Shown: positions 27,704-42,369 of the stretch, piece by piece
How the letters are laid out: every line of letters starts with the position of its first letter
Position numbering within the stretch: the stretch's first letter is position 1
Assembly (NCBI RefSeq): GCF_018350175.1
Contig: NC_058376.1
Coordinates: forward strand, 115,196,001-115,260,000
Length of the DNA: 64,000 nucleotides
From: Felis catus
Taxonomy: Eukaryota
Reading direction: 5' to 3'
Translations under genes and position numbers: made by a program
The notes under the pieces: generated by a model
What the model saw: only the letters and a program-made list of their open reading frames with translations
Told to the model about the DNA's origin: nothing
Database searches by the model: none

Positions 27704-28389
27704 ATCTACCTCTATGCCCTCCTTTCCTATCATGATAGGTTTCATCATTACTTTCTGATTCATCTCGGCTGCTGGAACTTTCATCATGTCATGGTCATTC
27801 TTTCAGCCTGCGGCCGAATTGCCTTGTTTTTTAATGTTTCGTATGTAGCCACTGCTTTCTGTCTGTCCTGCAGCTAGAAGCAAAAGGTGGAGTGGTGAGC
27901 GTGTTTTGCCTGAACAGTTGCAACTCTCTTCTTATCTCTCAGTTTTAAGTACTATCCACTTTGTGGCGATTTTCTGTCATCCTCTTAGAACTGTCCTCCC
28001 GACTCATGGCTGTGATCTTATCACCTTTATCCTCCCATTTTCTGGGCATAGTTGAAATAAATCATACTTTGTTTTTATCCAGGTGTATTCTTCATCTAAA
28101 TTTATTGTCAAATCTTAACTGTATACCTTAAAAGAAAATCTGTCTCAGAATGTAANNNNNNNNNNNNNNNNNNNNNNNNNNNNNNNNNNNNNNNNNNNNN
28201 NNNNNNNNNNNNNNNNNNNNNNNNNNNNNNNNNNNNNNNNNNNNNNNNNNNNNNNNNNNNNNNNNNNNNNNNNNNNNNNNNNNNNNNNNNNNNNNNNNNN
28301 NNNNNNNNNNNNNNNNNNNNNNNNNNNNNNNNNNNNNNNNNNNNNNNNNNNNNNNNNNNNNNNNNNNNNNNNNNNNNNNNNNNNNNNNN

Positions 28390-28566
28390 AGCGAGTGTGC
28401 AGGCACACATGGGGGTGGGACAGAAGAAGAGAGAGAGAGAATCCCAAGCAGGCTCCACACCCAATGTGGAACTCAATGCAGGGCCCAATCCCATGACCCT
28501 GGGATCATGATTGGGGCTGAAATCAAGCATTGGGCACTTCAGCGACTGGGACACCCAGGTACCCCC
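28390..28566 (-). mobile_element. Can-SINE (tail in N-gap)
   Basis: 'gagaatcccaagcaggctccacac...gggatcatga...ctgaaatcaag...cacccaggtacccc'. Confidence 0.88.
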
Positions 28567-29039
28567 ATAATGTTTTTTTTAAACATCATTCCATTAGGTT
28601 GTAAGAAGGTGAAATTTGTGATGAAAATTATTTTAGGAATTTCCTTACCCCTCCCATTTAGGAAATGCTATCTAAAATCTTGGATACAGAGAGGACCAGA
28701 GAGCACTGAACGAATTACTGTGACGGTTAGCAGTCATAGCCTGCTTATTTGCTAGACCCAGGATAAGCTCATCCAAAATCATATTACAATAAATGTAAAA
28801 TCCAGTGTTATATTGTATAAGGTCAATTAGTACTTTCCATTAATGAGCCCAACTTTCAAGGACAAAGACTATTGAAATTCTAGCCTGAAACCCAGTAAGT
28901 ATGGGTTTAAGACAAAGTAAAATATTACTTACATTGATTTTGAATAAGTAGATGTGGGCAATATTTTGGAAGGTACCTATATGATTTGTGTTTATGATGC
29001 CCCCCCCCTTTTTTTTGGAGGGATGCCACATAGTTTAGT

Positions 29040-29275
29040 AAATATGAGCATAGATGGTGAAGTCAAAATGACTGTCTTCAAATTTCAGCTCTAACAGTTA
29101 ACAGTCATGTTATCTTGCACTGACTGATTATACAAAATATCTAAGCCTCTTTTTGTCTCATTGGATAATGATAGAACTGATAAGATTGGTTGTTGTGAGG
29201 ATTAAATAATATAATACATATAAGCAGAGATCTCTGACGGTCCTGTGTAAGCATTTGATAAATGGTGGCTGTCAT
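29040..29275 (+). mobile_element. MIR
   Basis: 'gttgttgtgaggattaaataatataatacatataagc'. Confidence 0.65.
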
Positions 29276-31444
29276 TTCGATTTTGCTGAAGATTGGATTT
29301 TGGTGGATAATTGTGACAGCAGTCCCATTCTCAGCTGGTTTAAGAGAAAAGAGAAGTCTGTAGGGTAATGCTATCTCCTGGAACAGATAGCGAATTTTAA
29401 AATGATGTCATCAGGACTTGGTTTCTCTCCATTTCTTGGTCTACACTTTCATATGTTGGTTTCATATATGAACTTTGTTCTTAGGCTTCCTGTGAAAATG
29501 CCAAGAAATTCTCACCTCTCCCTTTGGAATAATCAAATGGTTACAACCACTCCTCAGGCATTTTGTCTCCTAGCCCCTTTGAAAATCAGGAAATTGACCT
29601 TGATTGAGATTATTTAGGTTATGTGCCCATCCCATTGCAATCAGAGGAATATGATGGGCAGATTTGGTTAGGCCTTCTCACATTCCCCATTAGATATACT
29701 GGCAATGGGAGTAGAGCCCTAACCATACTCTGGACTAACTGTGGGAAGGGGCAGACACTGAATGGAGATAGGGGGCTGTTTTTCTGGAAGAAGGTGGAAC
29801 AGATAGGGGGACTCAAGGAACAGCCATAAAAGTGNNNNNNNNNNNNNNNNNNNNNNNNNNNNNNNNNNNNNNNNNNNNNNNNNNNNNNNNNNNNNNNNNN
29901 NNNNNNNNNNNNNNNNNNNNNNNNNNNNNNNNNNNNNNNNNNNNNNNNNNNNNNNNNNNNNNNNNNNNNNNNNNNNNNNNNNNNNNNNNNNNNNNNNNNN
30001 NNNNNNNNNNNNNNNNNNNNNNNNNNNNNNNNNNNNNNNNNNNNNNNNNNNNNNNNNNNNNNNNNNNNNNNNNNNNTCCACTTGCTACATGAATGAGTGA
30101 AAAACACAGTTACTTATTTGTAAGGGCATCAGATTATGTATCTGGGGACTCTCTTCTTCTTTGTTGGTGCATATCTTCAATGATTGAAATTGAGATACAG
30201 TTTTAAAGAAATGCTCACATGTCCTCTGGCTAATATACTTTGCTTTGTGTCCATTCAATATTACTTAGAAATGTGGCTATAACAATAGCAGCCAGGAGAA
30301 TGCCAGATCAAAGAGAATCCAGATCTGTGGTCTTTCCCATCATACAGTGCTGGCTGATTCATAGCAACTCTGCCTGGGAGTCTGCATATATGATGTTCTC
30401 CTCTCTATGGTGAACTCTATGAGGGCTTCTTTCTGTTGGTGAACCCCAGCATGCTTTCAATCTACCATTTAGTAGAATTGAAGCTTATTTTGTGAAAATT
30501 ATCATTTAGCAACTCTGTATACTGATATGGTACAGCAGAACTTCGTCAGGCATAGAGGTTCTGTGAGATAGATCCCAACTCATTGGGAGGGTCAGCTAGG
30601 ATTACTATTTGTCATTTTGTTCAGTTTTTCAAAGGAAGCTTACTAGGACATCGAAAGAATGAAGAAATGGGCTCAGAGGCATATATGGCTCCTTACCGTT
30701 TTGATATTTGAAGCAAAATAATTATAGTAGCAAACTGGCTTTTAATAGTTTCAAAATTAACATTCATCAAATTTACATCTCTTGTGCACATAGATAAGTA
30801 TTTTTCAATCATTCTGCTTGAAGGGCAAAACTTAGGGTATTTAAACTCGTAGAGGGTTATTATGCAGAGCTTAGTTGCGTATGAGTGATTTAGAATTAAA
30901 CACTATTAAAGCTGAATTCTCTTATTCTAACTTATAGTCTTTTGAAAAAAAGATAGTAATCTAATTCTGGCTCTTTCTGATTGTGGAAATTTATTCCTTT
31001 GGACCTCATTTACCTTATTTCTCAAGTAACGTAGATCAACTCACTGAACGAAGGTCTTGTCCATTCATTGGATTTAGGCAGGGTAGGAAGTGGTACTCAC
31101 AGGTTCGATGAGATTTAGAGAACATGCAGGTTATTTGAGCTCTCGGGTGATATGGGGTGCTCGTTTCCTCTCTGTACTTACCATTTCATATGGTCTAGAT
31201 CATATAATTGTTTTGGCAACACAAGAGTGTTTTATCAGTGTGCCACCTCAGGGGGAGATCTCCATTTACAATAATGTATAATAGTAAGTACTATCAATAA
31301 GTACCCTTAGTTCCATCCAACTGCAAATCCTTCCATGTCACCACACCTCTTTCCCTCTAACATACACACTATGCTGGATGTCCTGTCCCCACCCTGTCAT
31401 GAGGAGACCTATGAAAGAGGGACAGCCCATATGACCCCTTACTT

Positions 31445-31667
31445 TTTAAAATGTTTTTAAAGTTTATAAATGTTTTTTAAGCCTGTTTATTTTGAGAGAG
31501 AGGGAGAGAGCAGGGGAGGGGCAGAGAGAGAGAGAGAGAGAATCGTAAGCAGACACCACACTGTCAGCACAGAGCCCCACGTGGGGCTTGAACTCATAAA
31601 CTGTGAGATCATGACCTGAGCCGAAATCAAGACCAGATGCTTAACCAACTGAGCCACCTAGGTGCCC
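31445..31667 (-). mobile_element. Can-SINE
   Basis: SINE body; TSD atatgaccc(c/t)tt on both sides. Confidence 0.94.
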
Positions 31668-31804
31668 TATATGACCCTTTAAGTTAGGGACCAAGAATAT
31701 ATTTTGGGACCTAGACTGGTATCATTCCTGCTGGATGGCAAATGAATGATGTCCTGGCTGCTAAAAAAAAAGAAAAAAATACATTTTTTCAATTAAGCAT
31801 TTTT

Positions 31805-32279
31805 TTAATTTTTAAAATTTATTTATTAATTGAAGTATAGTTGACACACAATGTTACATTAGTTTCAAGTGTACAACATAGTGATTCAATAAGTGTATAT
31901 GTTATACTGTGCTCACCACAAGTGTAGTTACCATCTATTACCATACAACATTATTACAGTATCATTGACTATATTCCCTATGCTGTACCTTTTATTCCTC
32001 TGACTTATTCCATCACTAGAAACCTGTATCTTCCACTCCACTTCACCCATTTTGCCCATCCCCCTACCTACCCCCCTCTGGCAGCCATCAGTTTATTCTC
32101 TGTATTTATGGGTCTGTTTTTCCTTTTTGTTTGTTATTTTTTAGATTCCACATATAAGTGAAATCACATAGTATTTGTCTTTCTCTGTCTGACATATTTC
32201 TCTTCGCATAATACCTTCAAGGTTTGTCCATGTTGTTGCAAATAGCAAGGTTCATTCTTTTATGGCTGAATAGTATTCC

Positions 32280-32316
<37 letters not shown>

Positions 32317-32735
32317 ACACATATATCAAATCATCTTATCCATATCACTGGACACTTGGGTTGCTACCATATCTTGGCTATTGTAAATAATGCTGCTGTA
32401 AACATAGGGGTGCATATATCTTTTTGAATTAGTTTTTTTTTATTCCTTTGGGTAAATTCCCAGGGGTTTAATTAGTGGATCATTTGGTATTTCTATTTTT
32501 AACTTTCTGAGGAACCTCCCTGCTGTTTTCATCAGTGGCCACACCAATTCACATATCCATCAGTGGTACATGAGGGATCCTTGTTCTCCACATCCTTGTC
32601 AACACTTGTTATTTCTAGAATCAAAAAGATTCTAGCCATTCTGATAGGTTTAAGGTGATATTTCATTGTGGTTTTGATTTGCATTTTCCTAATAATGAGT
32701 AATGTTGAGTATCTTTTCATGTGTCTCTTGGCCAC
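31805..32735 (-). mobile_element. 5'-truncated carnivore L1 3' end with internal (GT)n at 32282-32314
   Basis: Antisense ORF2 C-terminus 'MAKRHMKRYSTLLIIRKMQIKTTMKYHL' (32532-32735), 3'UTR and A-rich tail. Confidence 0.92.
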
Positions 32736-35454
32736 CAGAGAGGAAATTCTTATTGGTCAAGCAGGAAGGAGCACATATAGATATTAGCTATGCACGCTGG
32801 TTCTGAAGTATGACATGGGCATCAGACACAGGTAGAATCAAGGACTCAAGCATCTCAGGACTTTTTGTCTTTTCTGTTAACTTCACTCTCACTGGGGATG
32901 TGGTTACTAATAGATTCCAAACTTACATTTCACAACTTTCAGCAGTGGGGAAGGACCAACTGTTCATCAGTATCTGTTTGAAGGATTCTTAGGGGAAAAT
33001 ATATGTAATTGGTTCACTTCAAGCCTGGGCCAATAAATAGTGGTGGTCCTGTCCTTGGGTGAGGTGGGGAAATTCCTATGATAAAGGGTGAAGGCACCCT
33101 GTGTAGATAGTTGCGCAGGTGTTCACTACACAAATATATCAGACAATGGTGAATATAGTTACAGAATCATATTTTAACTTTCAAATTTTTAAATTTTAAA
33201 AATCTGACTCTCTGACCACTAGCTCAAATATTCCACCTCTTCCATTTTCTTATTCCCATTACATTTATTTTTCAGTCTTATCAAAGCCTCCAGTGTGGTT
33301 CTAGAGAGGACCTTTTCCTTCCTAACATGCAGCCTGAAATAAATAAAAATCATACAGTTGAGTGTTGCCCCATACCATTGTCTACTGTTTATAACTTGCT
33401 TCCCTCCTTAATATTTAGGTCTCATCTTCTGGTTGGTCCGGGTCCAGGGGATACAACATGGCTCTGGGGGCCTAAACATCCCTATGCACCTCTTTTATGA
33501 GGGTTGCATCCTGACCATTGAGGCAGTGGGTGGCTGCCTCCAGACTTCTTTTCATTCCTCAGTCTCATCTGCTCCTGATTTACTTCCTTCTCTACCCTCA
33601 GGGAAATCACCTTTTGTTCCAATATCCAAAATTCCCTGGGACTCATTTGCTTCATTCACTTCACTTTTGTGATTTGTCTGAATCTGTTTTCTCTTGTCTG
33701 GTTCCCCATTTTGGCATGTTTTCTTGGGGGAAGAAAAGTGGCCCAGTGTATAGAGTTATAAAACTGAGACTGTGGTATCAGATCTCTGTGAGCCTTTCCA
33801 TGGCTGCCAATCAGGGTACTTCACACTTGGCTCGATCTCATACTGCCCATGGAAGCTGATTGAAACGTTTACTGGTGGACTGTACGTGGGGATGGGTGGG
33901 CACCTGTCTTTCTGCATAGTTTTATTCCTTTATGCTTAAATTTTAAAATATCCCAGAATATGTCCATGAAGTGTAAATTATGGCATCTCATCCTAACATT
34001 TTGGTAAGTAGAGTCTCCACTTCAATATTAAGTTGTTCTTACTGAAGAAGCAAGATTAATCACTGAAGTTACCAATGTCCATTTCACAAAATGGGATTAG
34101 GAAAAAAATCACAATATAATTTGATGAAATTGAAGTGAATATGAGGCTTGGAACATGTTATTCATGCCAGTTAATAAATACATGAGATAGAGGGTATCTA
34201 AATATAGTTATCTGCCAGAAATCTTATCAACTGTAATTTATCAAATGGTTCTGCAAGTTTGAAGTACTTGTAATCACTTAGTTTGGGATGACTATTGAAT
34301 AAAAAAAATGAACAGTCATATGTTTGATTTGGAGGGAATTCAAATAGGATAAGTTTACACTATAATTTGGGATGAGCTAGAATTTGTCTTTTAGAGGTAA
34401 TACTTTGTGAAAATAGTAACAGAACTTTGGAGAGTTAGCGGCTGGTATTATATTAATGAAATTAAAAACAATGTAAAGGGAAAATAATATGAGACATATG
34501 TAACCACATTTATTCTCAAAATAAATTCTCTGTCCTTTGGAATGTGAATGTAATAGGCTGCTTTGTGGAGATTCTGGCCGGCCCACTAAGGGCTCTCTGA
34601 ATGCCCCCCCTTGCCTGTAGCTTCCATCAACTATTTCATACATCACCCCAGTCTTTTGATCACTGTTCATTGAGTCAGATAATCACATCAGCCTGTTCCA
34701 GGTGGACTCTAAAGCCAATAATGCCTCCAGTGAGAAAAAGTAGGCAACTTCCCAAGGGGAGCAGAAATGTTACTGTACTTTCTTTAGGGCAGGTGCATCC
34801 CTGTTTGTGCGTGTAGAATGTGGATCCTTACAGTAAATTTTACTTTTGTGTTTAAATCTAGTAAATATTTCATGCTGCTGGGACTGTGGTGAGATATGTT
34901 CAGACATATAACAATTGTAAATTGTTATAAGGTTTCTGTAAAATATTTGATAACACGTATTAAGAGTATTAAAAATGTTCATAAAGTTGTACCACATCTA
35001 GAACAATATGAGGAATTTATCACGTTCATTACTTGAACATTTACCACAGTGCAATTTATAGTACCAAAAAATCAGAAAAAGCTAAATGTCCCAATTTGAG
35101 GACTAGCTAACTGTATCAGAATGTGTCTTTCTCTATTTTGTAATGTTATACAATTATTAAAATATCTTAGGAAAATATTTACGGTGTAGCAAGCTACTAT
35201 GCTATGACATTATGAGAAAAATCTGTATACAAAGTACATAGTCTGACTCCAATATCACAATTTATGTATGGATGTGTGTATAATGAATACAAAAATGTAG
35301 AAGAAAATGCACCCAAATGTTAAAAATGGTAATTTTTAATAAGGAGAACTAAATATAACTTATTTTTTAATACTTTCCTTATATCTTCTACATTTCCTAC
35401 AATGATCATTCATGTATGTAATCAGAAAAGTCCTACTATTAAAAATATTATGTG

Positions 35455-35668
35455 GGGGTGCCTGGGTGGCTCAGTTGGTTAAGCGTCTGCCTTCGGCTCA
35501 GATCATGATCTGACAGTTCATGGGTTCGAGCCCTGTGTCAGGCTCTGTGCTGACAGCTTGAAGCCTGGAGGCCTGCTTTGGATTGTTTCTCCCCTTCTCT
35601 CTGCCCCTCCCCCATTTGTGTTCTGTCTGTCTGTCTCTCTCAAAAATAAACATGAAAAAATTTAAAAA
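35455..35668 (+). mobile_element. Can-SINE inside an old L1ME-like 3' fragment
   Basis: 'ggggtgcctgggtggctcagttggttaagcgtc...gggttcgagccc'; TSD aaaaata(a)ttatgt. Confidence 0.94.
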
Positions 35669-35909
35669 TAATTATGTGTAAAATAATGTTTTATTTTAGT
35701 GTTGTAAAAATTAATTTTTTCTTTGTTGTATGAAAAGCTTTGAAAAACTCAAAAGGGTGTATTTATTCCATGCTGTAGATATAAAACCTATAAGCAATAG
35801 TATTAAACTATCTGTTGTATTAAAAATTTGAATGGAATTGGGTTAATAATTACACTTGTTTGAAAAATAAATCAGCATATATTTTAAGCATTGAAGATTA
35901 AACACATTA

Positions 35910-36786
35910 CAATAACAGTATTTTAATGTAAATATAACTTTGCCAGATTTTAATCAAGTGCAACAGTTTAGAGATATAGAATACATATACAAGTGGAACA
36001 TACACTTTCTAAAACATAAGGCATACTTTACGGTATACAATATTTTTTTTACCACAAAATATATATACTTCTCAGATATGAAACAAAACTGATATGACTG
36101 GGAAGACACTACTTCCTGGGACCAGAGTAACACTTTTACAAGTAGTTTAACTTTAATATATGACTTTAGTAATATCCGTATACAAATAGGCCAATTAGCT
36201 GGCGTGTTTCGGCCGTGTGAATCTATAAGACACTAGCTGAATTTCGCAAAAGTATCTGAAAGTTGACAAGTACTGCTTAGCAAGTCTCTGCACAAAAAGT
36301 GCAGTGGCAGGTCCAGGTGGGCCACAGCTGCTAGTAACTCCATAGGCACAAAAAAGCTTTACTGCCCCTTGGAAACTGGGCAGAGCAATCTTAAGCTCTG
36401 ACCTCCTGTCGCTCCTCTCAAGGTTGAACACATTCCAAATACCTTCATGTGGAAGAGTCAAAAATAACAGAACAGGAGCCGGCTGCGGAGACGGCATTTC
36501 TGCCAGTAAAATTTTCCCAGTGAACACATTCATCTAGCTTCTGACATCGTTCTTGGAGTGGCCGTCGTCTGTCTGATGCAAAATGTGGCAAAATGTGGCT
36601 TCACTTTATGTTTTGTTGCACAGGGAAAGAAAAGGTTTTGTTCAGAGCTTTAGAAAGGTTTGTTGAGACCACATAACCTTTTCTTCTTAAATTCTGGAAA
36701 GTAGCTAATGTTCCTTTGGTAGTGAGGTGCTGTAGAGGAATGTGTTTCTTGCTTCTCCTTTCACAGGATTACTTCACAGATAGGCT
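35910..36786 (-). other. AGTR1: AGTR1 3'UTR
   Basis: Contiguous with the stop codon; similar to the recalled human 3'UTR ('cactaccaaa...cattagctacttt', 'ctctgaacaaaa', 'gccacattttgca'); AU-rich distal part. Confidence 0.85.
35922..35954 (-). terminator. AGTR1: AGTR1 polyadenylation signals (two ATTAAA at 35949-35954 and 35922-35927)
   Basis: Minus-strand ATTAAA hexamers inside the 'ctctaaactg...gattaaaatctggcaaagttatattta' block that, as recalled, ends the human AGTR1 mRNA. Confidence 0.6.
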
Positions 36787-37960
<1,174 letters not shown>

Positions 37961-38852
37961 AGAACTTTCAGTTATAAACAAATAGTTTTATTTTTCAATC
38001 ATAAATACAGTAACTCCACTTTAGTCTTAGGAAAAAAAACAGATCATATTTTCTGGAGAAAAACTGAACCGAGAAAGGGTAGGATTACACATTTAAATTA
38101 ATTCTTAGAACATATCGCTTTTCTAGAAAGTAATAAATATCCTCCAGGTAAACAGAAATGGGGGTGCTATGTGAATAAACTTATCTAGGTTCTTTGCATT
38201 TTTTCTAGAAGTAAATCCCAGCTTCCACATTGATTAAAAAAGCATAGTCTAAATCTCAGAAAATGCTACTGAATTAAATTAGTTATTCAGGAAGACTTGA
38301 GTTTTTCCAGAAGCTTCTGCAAATATTTGCTTCAATATTTTACATAGTCAGTAAACAAGCTATTCACTTACATGATTTAGAAAATCAACATACTCTTCCC
38401 TAGCAGAGTCCATCAGAAAACCCTTGGGAGGGAGGCTGAGGATGCTGTGGGGGTAACATCACAGGATGAGGTACAGGCATACTCTGAGGTAAAAAGCTCA
38501 GCGTATGGCATAGGCAAGTCTGTCTGGGCAGGGCGCGAGTGCTGGGTAAAGATCCTCTTGCTACCCCAGGAGCAGGTCCCTAGATGAGCATGGCTGTGCG
38601 TTCTTTTTGTAGCAAAGTGTCCTGGGCAAGATGAGGAACAGGAATAAGACTTCCCAGGATAGCTATGCTTGGCATCCAGGAGAGCTGTATGAACACACAC
38701 ACCTAAGGTAGTGTCCATCTTGGTGTGAAGTGGTGCCGTGAGAGGGATGAGACTCAGGCAGCCAGGTTTTAAGAGAGAACACTAGAAAGAAAAAGTTTCT
38801 TAAGTGGCCTCTTTGCCTTCCCCAAGGAGGTAGTTATTCTCCTCATCCAAGA

Positions 38853-39137
38853 TTTTTTTAAATATAATTTATTGTCAAATTGGCTTCCATACAACACCCA
38901 GTGCTCCTCCCAACAAGTGCCCTCCTCAGTGCCCATCACCCACTTTCCCCTCTCCCCCACCCCTCATAAACCCTCAGTTTCTTCTCTGTATTTAAGAGTC
39001 TTATGGTTTGCCTCCCTCTGTCTCTGTTTGTAACTTTCCACCACCACCTGTCCCCCCATGTTCTTCTGTTAAGTTTCTCAAGATCCACATATGAGTGAAA
39101 ACATATGGTATCTGTCTTTCTCTGACTGACTTATTTC
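38853..39137 (-). mobile_element. Short 5'-truncated feline-type L1 3' end in the last AGTR1 intron
   Basis: L1 3'UTR reads 'GERGKWVMGTEEGTCWEEHWVLYGSQFDNKL'; AATAAA at 38868-38873; possible TSD caag(a/g)tt. Confidence 0.9.
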
Positions 39138-39239
39138 AAGGTTCTGGCTTCAAGTCCCCATTATCTTCTCCTTTTGTGCTCAGCCTTATATAATTTAATT
39201 TCTTCCCTCTCTTTTTGTTCATGGGGACATTAGCATCCA

Positions 39240-39510
39240 CAAACAAGCAAATGTCACATCCTCTGTGGAGCCTTCCTGACTTATCTGGGCCATTGACTGT
39301 TCCATTTGCCAAGCCACTTCAGCACTTTGGATGTAGCTTTTGACACTATATCATAGTGCTGTTGACCTGTCTTCTCTATTGGTATGTCAGCTGCTTGAAG
39401 GTAGGGCTTGTTTCGAATAATCTTGTTTACTAATGTAGGCCCCAGCCAATTCCAGGGGACAGATGATACATGTCTGATGAATAAGACAGCCAATGGATGA
39501 ATGAATGAGT
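39240..39510 (+). mobile_element. L2 3' fragment
   Basis: 'cagctgcttgaaggtagggc', terminus 'atggatgaatgaatga'. Confidence 0.6.
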
Positions 39511-40779
39511 AAATAGCATATAACTTAAAAGCTAGGAGTATAGCATAATGAGACTAGTTTCTGTGGGGCTAATAACACAATTTACATTTTGCTCCTGAGA
39601 GGATCAAGATAGAAAATAGTCATTGTTAACCTAGGCTTCACCTTGGATTAAAAAATCGAAACCAAAACTAAACAAAACAGACAGAAAAATCCTTGGTACT
39701 TTTAGAAATATGTGGTTTCTAAAACAGAAGATGAAAAGAGGGAATAATATAATGGAAACTAGGGCTAGGCTCTCAGGGAGATATGACCTATTTCTTTCTC
39801 ACCCAGAAGGATTTCCCTACATTTTGCTGATTTTTCAGTTTATTTTATTATAGTTATTGAAATTATGCCAGTTTAGAAGTATAAATTCCTTTAGGTAAAC
39901 AAATATTCTCTATTAAAAATTAAATACTTCATGAAAGGTTTATGTGCTAGCAGTCATTTACACCTTAATGTGTATTAATTTACTTATTCTTCTTCTAACA
40001 TCTGGTTGATTTCAGTTGGATTTTGCCTAGGAAAAAAGTGGAAATGTCAAGGTTAAAGAATCTCAAAGATTAAAAAGCAGCCTGGGTGAACTCCATAACT
40101 GAAAACCAGAGCAGAGGTAAATATTTGTTTCAGCTTGGGCACAAGGACACTACTAACAGATAGGAAGGGATAAACTTAATGCATTGGAATCCCTTTGGTG
40201 CCCTGAGCTTGAGTGCTTGAAAGCAGGGAGGAAATTCTCCTCTTTTTCTTCTTTTCTCTCTTGAGCCTAACTCTAAGACTATATATCTCAGGCTGGTTCC
40301 ACTAATACTGTATCTGGAATGAGTACAATTTTATTGACAAGGTGAGAATTGTAACCATCATTTATTAAAAAAAAATCTATGGGAAAAAGTTTGCATTTGA
40401 AAGGACCAACTTTTAAACATAGTTTTGGACTCCAATTCCATCACAATCTGAGGTCAGTTTCTTATTCAGTTCCCATTGATCCATATCGACTAATATGTAA
40501 TACATAAAAGGTTGCTCTGAACATCCTGGAAATTTTAGTAAGGAATTTATTATTTAAATGAGAATATCACTGGAGAAACTCTGGACATCACATTAAATAT
40601 ACTAATAATACTTTACATAAATGTTTATATAAGTAATGACTAAGACTTCCTGCCAGGAAAGGAAACAAATTCTCACATACTGGAGGGTAGAAGAAAGGGG
40701 AGAGGAATTTTAGGTTATAGGACGAGTGGGAACAAGCACAGGGAAGCATATAAATGAAAATAGTGCATCCAGTGGGCTG

Positions 40780-41070
40780 TCATCCATTTATCCCATATTC
40801 ATTGAACATCTACTAGGTGCTGGAGTTAGGGATGCAAAGTGAAAAAGTTCACAGTCCTTCTCCTCCTTTGAGGCATTTGAGTCTAGTTGTGGGGGGACAA
40901 GAGCTTTAAAGACAGAATTACCTCCAGTGTTGAATACTATACCATAACAGGGTCGTGTGGAATGTTCTGTATTTATCATTGACCCAGTTTGTTGGTGGGG
41001 GACTTGGGTAGTGATCAGGGGCACTTCCCAAAGAAGATGGCATTTGGACTTTGGAGGATACATGGAAAAC
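40780..41070 (-). mobile_element. L2 fragment
   Basis: 'tattcattgaacatctactaggtgctggagttagggatgcaaagtgaa...agtctagttgtggggg'. Confidence 0.65.
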
Positions 41071-41559
41071 AAAGTGGTTAGAACTTAAAGGCAACAGCTG
41101 GCCAGCCGAGGTAGAGTAGAAATTGTCATCACTTGAACTTCTCTCTCCTTACAGATGTCTGCAGCATCAGCTATGGGAGGTTGCTCTTGTAAATTTACAG
41201 ACAACCCTCTTGGCAGTGGTGTGGGGAAAATGGAACCTTTGTGACTGGTAGGCACCTATGATTGATGCTAAGTGAGTGGGAAAGAGTAGGGTTCTTTTCC
41301 CTTTGAAGCTGAAAGGATGCTGTTTTGATGAGGAGCTGAAGGAAAGAGATGTGATCTATTAGGAACAGCAAACTTATGAGTCCCAGAAAGCAGCTACATT
41401 TCATTCTTCTCCCAGTCGAGTTTTAGGCAGGGAGGATATACTGATCAAAAACACAGGAGGATCCACCTCTCCCTATTTTTGGGTCTCACCATAGCTTTTA
41501 CATAAACTCTGTGGCTTATATGAATTCCATAGCACCATTTCTTCTTGGGGGAAAGAAGA

Positions 41560-41780
41560 TGGGATTTGGACTCAAAATACTTATAATAGACTCTTTCTTT
41601 GCCAGTTACAACTATGTATGGCTCTGGGTAAATCACCCCATTTCTCTGAACATGAGCCTCAGTTTCCTTATCTGTAAGAAATGGGAACAGTGATTTTTAT
41701 TGCACATGATTGTTGTAGGAATTAAATGAGATAGTATGAAAGTATTGGGCATATCTTTCAAAAAGTAAGTGTTTAATTAG
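41560..41780 (+). mobile_element. MIR
   Basis: 'gagcctcagtttccttatctgtaagaaatggga...gttgtaggaattaaatgagata'. Confidence 0.8.
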
Positions 41781-42142
41781 ATGTGTTTTTAAAAAATCTC
41801 TACTATTATTTTTTGAATGCAAGTTAAACATTGACTTAGCCATGGCTTAAAAAAACATGAAAGATTTTTTTTTAAGGTTTATCATTGGTAAGCTCCTTCT
41901 TGTGCCATTAAAGGCTAAAAATACCAGGATGTTGTTCTTTCAAACTGTGAGTAAAAAAATCATCTTAAGCAGCTGAATACATTGGCCATGAGTCAGGTGG
42001 GAACTTTCAGTCTGCTGTAAACACAAGGTTGGCTCCTGGTGGCTGCACTATTTATCCACAGATTGCTTTCATACCAGATACCTTGTATTTCTTGACAGCT
42101 TCCCTCATTCTTAAAAACAAGCCTAAGAAAGAAGATTCCTCC

Positions 42143-42199
42143 ATCCCTCCCTCCCTTCCTTCCTTCCTTCCTTCCTTCCTTCCTTCCTTCCTTCCTTCC
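42143..42199. repeat. (TTCC)n/(TCCC)n microsatellite
   Basis: Read directly from the sequence. Confidence 0.95.
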
Positions 42200-42299
42200 A
42201 TCCATTCTTCCAAGAATATTTCGCCAAGACTTTTGATTAGAATATTAATACCTTCTTAAGCTTTTAGGCAAGCCAAAACCAATCTAATTAAATTGTTCA

Positions 42300-42369
42300 T
42301 TACATGCTCCTTTTTTAATGAGTTTGCAATTCTAAGGAAAAAAATACCACATAGTTTCCTATGATAATA
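42300..42369 (+). repeat. Copy 1 of a perfect 70-bp dispersed direct repeat (copy 2 at 44397-44466)
   Basis: ttacatgctccttttttaatgagtttgcaattctaaggaaaaaaataccacatagtttcctatgataata is identical at both sites. Confidence 0.95.
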
